A stretch of 64,000 nucleotides of DNA from a candidate division WOR-3 bacterium (GTDB lineage: Bacteria > Hydrothermota > Tepidihabitantia > Tepidihabitantales > Tepidihabitantaceae), in NCBI GenBank assembly GCA_965649165.1, contig CBFGJT010000001.1, positions 139,853 to 203,852 of the forward strand, read 5' to 3'. Numbering within the stretch: the stretch's first letter is position 1; each line of letters begins with the position of its first letter. Of this stretch, positions 1 through 8,782 are shown piece after piece. The translations under genes and the position numbers were made by a program. The notes below the pieces were generated by a model. That model worked only from the letters and a program-made list of their open reading frames with translations. It was not told the origin of the DNA and searched no databases.

Positions 1-30
1 TCCGGGAACAATTGAAGTAGTATAAAATAA

Positions 31-900
31 ATGTTCTGGCAGGAACTGGGGGAAAGTCTGGCGGAACAGTTTCTGGGGGCTGGCCGATTACTCAGTTATG
101 CGCGTGCATTTATCAATGTTTTGATAATCGTTACAGGCGGTTGGCTTGCTACCAAGCTGTTCAATCTGTTCGTAAGCCGGATTTTCCGACAGAAGGAAGA
201 AAGGTATTTCCGGACGGTAGTGCCGCTGGTACAGAGCCTTTTTCGTTACTTGATTCTCACACTTGCGACCGTTCTAATCCTGCGAGCAGTAGGGGTGGAT
301 TACAAGGCAATTATTGCCGGAGCTGGGGTAGTCGGGTTGGCAATCGGTTTTGGTGCTCAAACACTAGTCAAGGATTTTATTTCCGGGTTCTTTACTTTAT
401 TTGAAGGAGCAATTGCCGCCGGCGATTATATTGTTACTTCGAATCTTGAGGGAACAGTAGAGAAAATCGGTTTGCGGGTTACACAAATTCGTGCATTTGA
501 CGGCACGCTCTGGACCGTACCCAATGGTGAGCTCACCAGTTTTGGGAACAGGAATCGAGATTACATGCGGGTAATAGTTGCATTTGATCTTGCTTATGAG
601 CAGAATGCGGAACAGGGAATGAAAGTGGCAGGGTTTGCGGCTGAAGCTTGGTATACTAGAAACCGCGAGCGGTGCTTAGATATACCTGAAGTTCAGGGTT
701 TACTGAATTTCGGCGATTCGGGTATGCGGATAAGGGTTGTCTGTAAGGTGAAACCTGGCGAGCAGTGGGTGGCGGAACGAGAACTTCGGCTGGAGATTAA
801 AAAGGCATTCGACGAAGCGGGAATTGAGATTCCATTTCCGCGCCGTGTTGTTTATAACCGGCAAAGCAGAGAGAAGATAGATTTGAGTGGTTCTGACTAA
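31..900 (+). CDS. mscS: Small-conductance mechanosensitive channel (MscS family)
   Basis: N-terminal TM helices; GVVGLAIGFGAQTLVKDFISG channel motif; GDYI...GTVEKIGLRVTQIR beta domain; GIEIPFP C-terminus. Confidence 0.9.
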   Translation: MFWQELGESLAEQFLGAGRLLSYARAFINVLIIVTGGWLATKLFNLFVSRIFRQKEERYFRTVVPLVQSLFRYLILTLATVLILRAVGVDYKAIIAGAGVVGLAIGFGAQTLVKDFISGFFTLFEGAIAAGDYIVTSNLEGTVEKIGLRVTQIRAFDGTLWTVPNGELTSFGNRNRDYMRVIVAFDLAYEQNAEQGMKVAGFAAEAWYTRNRERCLDIPEVQGLLNFGDSGMRIRVVCKVKPGEQWVAERELRLEIKKAFDEAGIEIPFPRRVVYNRQSREKIDLSGSD

Positions 901-2207
901 CTGGAAGTTTCTTCCAGAGGTTCCGGAGGAACTGGATTTGTTATGATGACAAGAGCCGCAATAATTGTACCTTCGCGATTGCGGAGTGTCTCAAAACAGA
1001 CGGCGGAACTAGCAAAGGCAGGGATAATTTCACATTCCTGATGACTGGCAGCACCGGAGAGCAGCTGTTGAAGATGAGGGAGAAATGGTTTTAGATTGGA
1101 TAGTTCAATGCAAGATTTTCCGGTGGCTTCATTTGAGCGGATGCCAAGCAGTGGTTCGGCTGCTGGATTGACATAGATTATTTTCAGATTTCTGTCGACT
1201 ACCAGTACACCTTCCTTGATGTTGGATGCTAATAGACGGAAACGGCGTTCCAGTTCCACGATTTGCCCTGTTTTTAGTTCATCAAGTTCTCGCAGGCGGA
1301 CGAATACGCGGTTCAACTGCCGTGCAAGGTTGCCGAGTTCATCGCGCGTTTCCAGAGTGATTCGGATATCGAAATCCCCGTTTTCTACACGATGTAGTGC
1401 ATTGGCGATCCGCTTGAGCGGGAGGATAACGGCACGAGGCAGGGTGAAGATCAGATAAATCAGAAGTCCGCAAAGTATAAGAACAGAAGTAATAATATTG
1501 CGTTGGCTCCAAACAAATAGTCGAGTTACACGAGCTTTATGTTCTACAATCCGCTGATTTGCCCGGGAGGTGATTGATTCTGCCAGAGTTACGATCGTGC
1601 GACTGACATCGACCAGACGTTGATGAAACATAGTTCGCATACCACCCAGCATTTGATAAAATTCAATTTCCTGATCCAGTTTGCTGATAGCATTCAGCAT
1701 GGAATCTACGGTTGTCTGAGCCTCAGCAGGAAGGGTTGAAGTTTGTTCAATCAGCAAACGCCTCTGGTCCCATAGTCGATTCAGTTCGAGGGCAGGAGTT
1801 GTTGAGAAACGCAGTGTTCGAAACTGGATTAGTGAATCAATCATTAGGTTGTACGCTCTGAGTGCCGAGACGAGAGAGTCAAATTGGGGTTTGAGTTCTG
1901 GAGCAAAGCGCCGGCTACGTTCAGTTCTGATCACTAACTGGTTCAAATTAAGTCGGGCTGTCAACAGATACTGCGGATCACCGGAAAGCATATAGTTTCG
2001 CTCCGCCGTTCGTACTTCGTGAAGGTAGCGGATGATGATATTACCTTGTCGCAACAGTTCGGTGTCGGTTTCGGCAATGACAGTTGCAAGCTGATTCATC
2101 TCGCCGACATAATACAGTGCTAGCAGCACTACTGGTAGAGTCAACAGGGCAGTAATGATCATGGCTGAGGCAATTCTGCCGCGAATAGAATGAAGTAGCA
2201 ATATCAT
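897..2207 (-). CDS. Membrane sensor protein (TM-periplasmic helical bundle-TM-HAMP-PAS) with no kinase or output domain
   Basis: Two TM segments; HAMP (PLKRIANALHRVENGDFD...DELGNLARQLN); PAS (EGVLVVDRNLKIIYVNPAAEPLLG); stop directly after PAS; overlaps the mscS stop by 4 nt. Confidence 0.75.
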   Translation of the reverse strand: MILLLHSIRGRIASAMIITALLTLPVVLLALYYVGEMNQLATVIAETDTELLRQGNIIIRYLHEVRTAERNYMLSGDPQYLLTARLNLNQLVIRTERSRRFAPELKPQFDSLVSALRAYNLMIDSLIQFRTLRFSTTPALELNRLWDQRRLLIEQTSTLPAEAQTTVDSMLNAISKLDQEIEFYQMLGGMRTMFHQRLVDVSRTIVTLAESITSRANQRIVEHKARVTRLFVWSQRNIITSVLILCGLLIYLIFTLPRAVILPLKRIANALHRVENGDFDIRITLETRDELGNLARQLNRVFVRLRELDELKTGQIVELERRFRLLASNIKEGVLVVDRNLKIIYVNPAAEPLLGIRSNEATGKSCIELSNLKPFLPHLQQLLSGAASHQECEIIPAFASSAVCFETLRNREGTIIAALVIITNPVPPEPLEETSS

Positions 2208-2213
2208 GTAACT

Positions 2214-2903
2214 TCAGATTGTGCGGGTCAGACGTTCAATATCCGCATCGCGCCCTACGACCACCAGGATGTCGTCCTGCTCAATGATGTCTTCTGACCC
2301 TGGAAGATCATTAATCTGTTCCTGGTATGAGGTTTCACCTTCAGGAGTGATCGTAGGCATCCTTTTTTTGATTGCAATAACATTGACACCAAAACGTCGG
2401 CGAATATCGAGCTGTCCGAGTTTTTTGCCAATGAAATGCCGGGGTGCATGAATTTCTGCCAGGCTGTGATTGGAGGCCAGTGGTATCTGTTCCAAGAGGT
2501 CAGGGGTCAAAAGTGATTTTGCTAGTTGATCAGCCATCTGTTCTTCAATCAGAATAGTACGGTCAGCACCGACATCCTTGAGAATTCGGGCATAAAGAGA
2601 AGAGGCCGCACGAGCGATTACCTGACCGGCACCCAAGCGTTTCAATAATGATGTGACAATAATAGCCGCTTCCATTCGTTCTCCCATTGCTACAATAACT
2701 GCATCAACGTCCAGTACTCCCGATTCCTTAAGCGCATCTTCATCCGTGGCATCAATACACAGCGCTTGAGCGACATCGTCCTTGATGTCTTCTACACGTT
2801 TTATGTCGGAATCAATTGCAATGACCTCCGCCCCCTTTTTCATCAATGCTCGTGCGACACGGGCACCAAAAGTGCCCAGTCCGATGACCGCAAACTGTTT
2901 CAT
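2214..2903 (-). CDS. ktrA: Ktr/Trk K+ uptake regulatory subunit (RCK_N + RCK_C)
   Basis: KQFAVIGLGTFG Rossmann motif; RRRFGVNVIAIKK RCK_C; 229 aa. Confidence 0.9.
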   Translation of the reverse strand: MKQFAVIGLGTFGARVARALMKKGAEVIAIDSDIKRVEDIKDDVAQALCIDATDEDALKESGVLDVDAVIVAMGERMEAAIIVTSLLKRLGAGQVIARAASSLYARILKDVGADRTILIEEQMADQLAKSLLTPDLLEQIPLASNHSLAEIHAPRHFIGKKLGQLDIRRRFGVNVIAIKKRMPTITPEGETSYQEQINDLPGSEDIIEQDDILVVVGRDADIERLTRTI

Positions 2904-2914
2904 TAATCCTCCTT

Positions 2915-4669
2915 TTACCCGACGATGATTCTGGCAGTCGGGTGCGTAATCATCGAGCGTTTATTGGCAGCAGTCATAGCCAATGTCAGGGTCAGTGGGC
3001 CAGTTCTGCCGATAAACATTAAAATTATTATGAGCAATTTTCCGATGACATTCAACTCCGGAGTTATACCGATTGATAAACCAACCGTACCGAAAGCAGA
3101 GACAGCTTCAAAAAGCAGGAATTCAAACCGTTGGTTTTCGAAAAACAGCAGACCCGCATAAGTCAGAGCTATTGCACCCAAACTGAGGGCAATTATTGCC
3201 ATTGCCCGGTAGACAACATCCTTTGGGATTGTGCGTCGGGAATAGACAATTTCTTCTTCCCCCCGAATTCGGGAACGAATTGCAAGAAACAGGACGGCGA
3301 TAGTAGATGTTTTGATACCGCCACCAGTACCACCGGGAGATGCACCAATAAACATCAAAATCATCCAGAGAAAAATTGTAACGCCGTGAAGATTTGATAG
3401 AGGTACAGTGTTGAATCCTGCAGTTCGGGCTGTTACCGACTGGAATAAGCTTGCCAATAGTTTTGTACTTAGAGGCAGATTGTGGAGTGTGTTATCATAT
3501 TCAAGGAAAAAGAATAGTATAGTGCCACCGGTAATCAGAAAAGCGGTCGTGATTAATACAAGACGGGAGTGGATGGTCAGGTGCTTACTACCAGTTGACA
3601 GTTGACGAAAAGTTCTTAAGAGACGGCGTAAATTTTGACGGTTAATGATTTCATTTACTACCGGGAATCCGAGCCCCCCCAGAATTATGAGCGTGATAAT
3701 ACAAAGGTTGATGCACAGATCCGACTGAAAGCGGATAAACGAATCAGAGAACAACGAAAAACCAGCATTACAGAAGGCGGAAATCGAGTGGAATATTGCG
3801 TAGTATAAAGCCTGATCAGCGGTTCCCAGCACAAACACCCAGCGCAGAAAAAGAATTAGCATTCCAACTCCCTCAACCAGCAGGGTAAAGAGAAGCACAT
3901 ATCGGACCATGCGGGCAATATCGATATCTCGAGTTTCTTCGATGATCTCCTGCATAGTTCGGCGTTCCTGCAGCCCCATGCGTTGTCCAAGGAGAACGAC
4001 GATGCTTGTATAAAAAGTCATTATCCCCAGTCCTCCCAGCTGAATCAGGGACAAGATTACCAGTTGTCCGAAGCGAGAAAAATAGGTGCCTGTATCTTGG
4101 ACGATCAGTCCAGTGACACAAGTGGCTGAAGTGGCAGTAAATAGAGCGGTAATAATATCGGCGCCTCGGCCGTCAGCAGTAGCAGCAGGAAATGTGAGCA
4201 GTAAAGTCCCCGCGGTAATCAGCGTCAGAAAGCTGATAACCAGCATGCGTACCGGTCGCTGCCGGATGTTACCCAGGACTGCCGGTAGAAATCTGGACCG
4301 GGAAAGACCTGTAAGATTAATCACCTGATAGAGTACGAGAATGGGAATGAGCAGACGTTGGAATATAACCGCAGGGATAAGTATTATGGCGATCACAAGG
4401 TCAAAAATTTGTCGGAACCGCGATAACGGTAAGGCCGGAGTAACAAGCAGCTTGGTGAAGATTTCGGCAATTGTTCCCAGACCGGCAATAACGAGCGAAA
4501 GGTGTAAGATTAACTTGGCCCATGCGGGAAATGCAAGGTGATAACCATTAATAAGTGCCATGAAAATAACATTAATACCTACCAGTGCGCTGACAGACCA
4601 GAATAATGGCGTCAGCCAGCCCGGAGGTGTCCGGGCGGTTTTGATAATCCGAAAGCGTTTAAAAAGCAT
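2915..4669 (-). CDS. ktrB: Ktr/Trk K+ uptake membrane subunit with an extra N-terminal TM extension
   Basis: Pore-loop motifs SATCVTGL, SAFCNAGF, TARTAGF, SAFGTVGLS; LMFIGRTG. Confidence 0.9.
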   Translation of the reverse strand: MLFKRFRIIKTARTPPGWLTPLFWSVSALVGINVIFMALINGYHLAFPAWAKLILHLSLVIAGLGTIAEIFTKLLVTPALPLSRFRQIFDLVIAIILIPAVIFQRLLIPILVLYQVINLTGLSRSRFLPAVLGNIRQRPVRMLVISFLTLITAGTLLLTFPAATADGRGADIITALFTATSATCVTGLIVQDTGTYFSRFGQLVILSLIQLGGLGIMTFYTSIVVLLGQRMGLQERRTMQEIIEETRDIDIARMVRYVLLFTLLVEGVGMLILFLRWVFVLGTADQALYYAIFHSISAFCNAGFSLFSDSFIRFQSDLCINLCIITLIILGGLGFPVVNEIINRQNLRRLLRTFRQLSTGSKHLTIHSRLVLITTAFLITGGTILFFFLEYDNTLHNLPLSTKLLASLFQSVTARTAGFNTVPLSNLHGVTIFLWMILMFIGASPGGTGGGIKTSTIAVLFLAIRSRIRGEEEIVYSRRTIPKDVVYRAMAIIALSLGAIALTYAGLLFFENQRFEFLLFEAVSAFGTVGLSIGITPELNVIGKLLIIILMFIGRTGPLTLTLAMTAANKRSMITHPTARIIVG

Positions 4670-4741
4670 AATTAAACAAAAAAGCTAAATCTATAGTCAC
4701 TCACGGGGAACGGTTATTTCATAATATTTTATTTATTTTAT

Positions 4742-4769
4742 ATTATACTTTAAAATAGAAAATTGGCAA
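4742..4769 (-). promoter_or_regulatory. sigma70-type promoter of the ktrB-ktrA-sensor operon
   Basis: TTGCCA (4769-4764), 16 nt, TATAAT (4747-4742). Confidence 0.6.
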
Positions 4770-4805
4770 GGGGACAACTTCAGATAAATAAACATAAAAG
4801 ATGGG

Positions 4806-5972
4806 TCATCTTATTTCGTAAGCTGAAATTACTAATTGGAGTCCAAGGGCCGCACACAATCCCGTTAGGCTACTGAAGATAAAGGGTGCCCGCGGGCCGA
4901 AAAGATTCCAGAGGATACCGGCGAGGATTGATGCTGCCAGCAGTCCCAAACCGGTAATTGCCGCATGCAATCCCAGCATGCTCGCCCGCTGTTTTTCCGG
5001 AGCAATATCGCTGATCAGGGCCTTCTCCAGTCCTTCAGTAAGAGCGCTAAACAGTCCATAGGCAACAAAAAGGATACAGGGCACAGCTACACCGGTTCCT
5101 TTATCCATCAGAGCAAAGCCGAAGTAGACTGCACTGTAAGTAAGGTAACCGGTACTAAGTATTTTTCGTTTACCGATCCGATCGGCTATTCTCCCGGCAG
5201 GAAAGGCAAAAGTGGCATAACTGACATTATAAAGCAAATAAAGAAGCAGAATGTTCAGAGTAGACCAGCCGAGCCGGTTCATTCGCAGCAGGAGAAACTG
5301 ATTGGAGGAGTTGCCAATTGCGAATATACCGATTATGAAAAGAAAACGCCGTAGCGGTGGGGACAGATTTTTTATCCTTAGTGGAGGTAAGGAAACTGAT
5401 TTGCTGGTACGTGGTTCTTTAAGAAAGAAGAGGACGAAGACGCCCAGCGCTGCTGGTATAATTGAGAGCAGAAAGATTTGCTGGTAATTGCGGTGAGCCG
5501 GATTGCCGTGCAGGCGGCTGATAAGAAAAATCGCAATGGCGATACCAAGGGTGGCACCAAGGGTATCAAAGGCTCGGTGCAGGCCGAATGCTCGTCCGCG
5601 GGTTCCGTCGATTGAGGCATCGGCGATAATGGCGTCCCGAGGGGCGACGCGGATTCCTTTCCCGATTCGATCAATTAATCTGCCCCAAAAAACTAAAATC
5701 CAGTTCCCCGAGAGATAAAGTAGCAGCTTGCCTAAGGTGGAACCGGAATAGCCGGTGAGGACCAGTAGTTTACGGCGCTGGAAGCGGTCGGAAATTCTGC
5801 CGGACAGGATTTTGAGCAGGGATGCTGAACTCTCGGCAATCCCTTCGATCAGTCCGAGAATTGCCGGTGGTGTACCTAAGGAGGAAAGATAGAGCGGAAG
5901 CAGGGGATAAACCATCTCGGTGGAGATATCGGTAAGCATACTGGCGATGCCGGCGATAATAATGTTAAACAT
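4806..5972 (-). CDS. Major facilitator superfamily transporter
   Basis: About 12 TM segments; motif A GRISDRFQRRK and its repeat GRIADRIGKRK. Confidence 0.9.
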   Translation of the reverse strand: MFNIIIAGIASMLTDISTEMVYPLLPLYLSSLGTPPAILGLIEGIAESSASLLKILSGRISDRFQRRKLLVLTGYSGSTLGKLLLYLSGNWILVFWGRLIDRIGKGIRVAPRDAIIADASIDGTRGRAFGLHRAFDTLGATLGIAIAIFLISRLHGNPAHRNYQQIFLLSIIPAALGVFVLFFLKEPRTSKSVSLPPLRIKNLSPPLRRFLFIIGIFAIGNSSNQFLLLRMNRLGWSTLNILLLYLLYNVSYATFAFPAGRIADRIGKRKILSTGYLTYSAVYFGFALMDKGTGVAVPCILFVAYGLFSALTEGLEKALISDIAPEKQRASMLGLHAAITGLGLLAASILAGILWNLFGPRAPFIFSSLTGLCAALGLQLVISAYEIR

Positions 5973-5985
5973 AAGTTACCTGTGC

Positions 5986-6014
5986 AGTATAATCGATTAG
6001 CTCAAAGTACGCAA
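5986..6014 (-). promoter_or_regulatory. Putative promoter of the MFS gene
   Basis: TTGCGT, 17 nt, TATACT. Confidence 0.45.
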
Positions 6015-6039
6015 GTTTTTTTATCAGATTTGTGAGCAA

Positions 6040-6068
6040 TTGACTTTGATATCAATGTCAGTTAATAT
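6040..6068 (+). promoter_or_regulatory. Putative promoter of the MBL/CoA-transferase/ACD operon
   Basis: TTGACT (6040-6045), 17 nt, TAATAT (6063-6068); ATG 8 nt downstream; no SD. Confidence 0.55.
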
Positions 6069-6076
6069 CATTAGTT

Positions 6077-6913
6077 ATGGTTTTGGGTGACTTCCGGCTC
6101 GTCCCGCTGTTTGATGGGTATTTTGGGCTTGATGGGGGTGCAATGTTCGGTGTTGTACCAAAGCCTTTGTGGGAGAAAACTAATCCACCAGACGAATATA
6201 ATCGGATTCGTCTGGCACTGAGACCACTTCTGGTGGTTACTCCTAAAGAGCGGATACTGATTGACGCCGGAATCGGAGACAAGTATGATGAAAAATTTGC
6301 CACACGTTACCGGGTTGAAAGAACTTCCACTTTGCTTGATACCCTCAAACTTGCCGGATTTGAGCCTCGTGATATCAGTTTGGTGATTCTGACACATTTG
6401 CATTTTGACCACTGCGGTGGGGCAACGAAACGGGAGAGGACGCGAGTATTACCTACTTTTTCCGAAGCCCGATACATAGTGCAGGCAGTAGAGTGGCAGG
6501 AGGCAATTGCACCAAACCGAAGATCCCGGGCGTCATATTTACCGGAAAATTTTTTGCCCATCCAAGAATCAGGACAACTGGAATTAATAAATGGTTCGTG
6601 CGAAATTGTTGCCGGCGTGGAACTGATTCATACCGGTGGTCACACTCGTGGGATGCAGGTTGTCAAGATCACTAATGGGCAGGATACCGCCATTTTCTGG
6701 TCGGATATGATTCCTACCCGGGGCCACATCCCGGTGCCCTATATTATGGGTTATGACCTTTTTCCGCTGGACTCCATGGAACAGAAGGAGAAACTGTTGA
6801 ATCAAGCAATTGCCGGTGGATGGTTTTCTTTTCTGGAGCACGATCCGGAGGCGGTCGCCGGCAGAATATATTATGAAAATGAGAAATACCGTTTCGAGGA
6901 AATTAATGATTAA
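6077..6913 (+). CDS. MBL-fold metallo-hydrolase (YtnP-like)
   Basis: THLHFDHCGG metal motif; LDGGAMFGVVPKPLW N-terminus; GGHTRG; FLEHDP. Confidence 0.85.
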   Translation: MVLGDFRLVPLFDGYFGLDGGAMFGVVPKPLWEKTNPPDEYNRIRLALRPLLVVTPKERILIDAGIGDKYDEKFATRYRVERTSTLLDTLKLAGFEPRDISLVILTHLHFDHCGGATKRERTRVLPTFSEARYIVQAVEWQEAIAPNRRSRASYLPENFLPIQESGQLELINGSCEIVAGVELIHTGGHTRGMQVVKITNGQDTAIFWSDMIPTRGHIPVPYIMGYDLFPLDSMEQKEKLLNQAIAGGWFSFLEHDPEAVAGRIYYENEKYRFEEIND

Positions 6914-6925
6914 GGAGGAATATAT

Positions 6926-8782
6926 ATGAGCACTACTGATTGGCGAGTAAAATATGCTCATAAATTAAAGATCGCAACTCAGGCACTCGAGGTCCTGCAA
7001 CCAGGGGACCGGATTTTCATCGGTTCCGCCTGCGGTACGCCGCAACGGCTGGTTCGGGCACTGGCTGACCGACCAGTGGAAGATGTGGAGGTGACTCATC
7101 TGCTGACGCTTGGCGTAGCCCCTTATGCTGAGGAGGCGCTTGCGGGTAAATATCGGGCAAACTCATTTTTCATCAGCGCCAATGTGCGCGATGCGGTTCA
7201 GGAGGGTAGAGCTGATTATACGCCGATTTTTCTTTCGGAAATACCGAAGCTTCTGCGTTCAGGTCGGCTGCCGATTGACGTAGCATTGATCCAGGTGACC
7301 CCACCTGATGATCATGGATTCTGCAGTTTTGGGGTTTCTGTTGATATTACCAAGCCGGCAGCGGAAGTGGCGAAACATGTGATTGCTGAAGTAAATCCGC
7401 GGATGCCACGGACGCTTGGTGACAGTTTTATTCACATTTCACAGATCGAGGCACTTGTGGAGAATGATGTCCCAATTTACGAGTTTATTACGCCCGGCGA
7501 GAGTGAAGTTGCCCGCCGAATTGCCAAGAATGTGGCAGATCTGATTCCAGATGGAGCCACAATTCAAGTCGGCTACGGTGGAATTCCGAATGCCCTCCTG
7601 TTTTATCTGAAAGACAAGAAGGACCTCGGGGTTCATACTGAGGTCTTTTCTGATGGCATTATTGACCTGATTGAAGCTGGCGTCATTAACAACCGGAAAA
7701 AGACGCTTCATCCGGGCAAGGTTATTGCTTCATTCTGTATGGGTTCGCAGCGGCTTTATGAATATATTCATAACAACCCGATGTTTGAATTTCATCCGGT
7801 AGATTACACCAATGATCCTTATGTAATCGCACAGAATGAGAAGATGGTCTCTATTAACTCGGCACTTGAAATTGATCTGACCGGGCAGGTGTGCGCCGAT
7901 TCAATCGGCTACAAGTTCTATTCCGGTATCGGGGGGCAGCTGGATTTTGTCCGTGGAGCAGCAAGGGCAAAGGATGGTAAACCAATTATTGTTCTGAAGT
8001 CGACCCGTGATAATGATCAGTTTTCGAGGATCGTGCCGGTGCTTTCTGATGGTGCTGGGGTAGTGACTTCCAGGGGTGATGTCCATTATGTTGTGACCGA
8101 GTGGGGTGTGGCATATCTACATGGCCGATCAATCAGGGAGCGTGCCCTCGCCCTGATTTCCATTGCTCATCCCAAGTTTCGAGCTGAGTTGCTGCGTCAA
8201 GCAAAGGAACGGCACTATGTCTACCAAGACCAGCCGGAGATGCCCCTTGTTGCTGCCCGTTATCCGGAGGAGTTTGAAACTAAGGTGCGGCTTCAGGATG
8301 GCACGATGGTTCTCATCCGGCCGATCAAGCCGACCGACGAACCGGCGATGCGCGAATTGTTTTATTCCTTTTCCCGGGATACGGTTTTTTACCGTTATTT
8401 CAGTTATATCAAGGCGATGCCACATGAGAAACTTAGCAAATTTGTCAATATTGACTATGAGAAAGAGATGGCGCTGGTGGCGGTGATCCGGGAAAACGGT
8501 GATGAGCACATCGTTGGTTCAACCCGTTACTATGTTGATCCATCGAGTGGACTGGCCGAGTTTGCAATTGAAGTACAGGACGAGTATCAGAACCGGGGTA
8601 TTGGTACTGCACTGTTCAACCATCTCATCCGGGTGGCGCGGATGAAAGGGGTGAGGGGGTTTGTCGGGTATGTTCTTGATTCCAATACCCGTGCTTACCG
8701 TCTGGTGACCAAGGCAGGATTCCCACTTGAGACAAAGTGGGAGGATGGAGTGTATATTCTGACACTGAGGTTCGAGAAATGA
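6926..8782 (+). CDS. Acetyl-CoA hydrolase / family I CoA-transferase fused to a C-terminal GNAT domain
   Basis: GVHTEVFSDG (catalytic Glu); GIGGQLDFVRGA; VTSRGDVHYVVTEWG; GNAT with AEFAIEVQDEYQNRGIGT acetyl-CoA-binding loop. Confidence 0.85.
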   Translation: MSTTDWRVKYAHKLKIATQALEVLQPGDRIFIGSACGTPQRLVRALADRPVEDVEVTHLLTLGVAPYAEEALAGKYRANSFFISANVRDAVQEGRADYTPIFLSEIPKLLRSGRLPIDVALIQVTPPDDHGFCSFGVSVDITKPAAEVAKHVIAEVNPRMPRTLGDSFIHISQIEALVENDVPIYEFITPGESEVARRIAKNVADLIPDGATIQVGYGGIPNALLFYLKDKKDLGVHTEVFSDGIIDLIEAGVINNRKKTLHPGKVIASFCMGSQRLYEYIHNNPMFEFHPVDYTNDPYVIAQNEKMVSINSALEIDLTGQVCADSIGYKFYSGIGGQLDFVRGAARAKDGKPIIVLKSTRDNDQFSRIVPVLSDGAGVVTSRGDVHYVVTEWGVAYLHGRSIRERALALISIAHPKFRAELLRQAKERHYVYQDQPEMPLVAARYPEEFETKVRLQDGTMVLIRPIKPTDEPAMRELFYSFSRDTVFYRYFSYIKAMPHEKLSKFVNIDYEKEMALVAVIRENGDEHIVGSTRYYVDPSSGLAEFAIEVQDEYQNRGIGTALFNHLIRVARMKGVRGFVGYVLDSNTRAYRLVTKAGFPLETKWEDGVYILTLRFEK

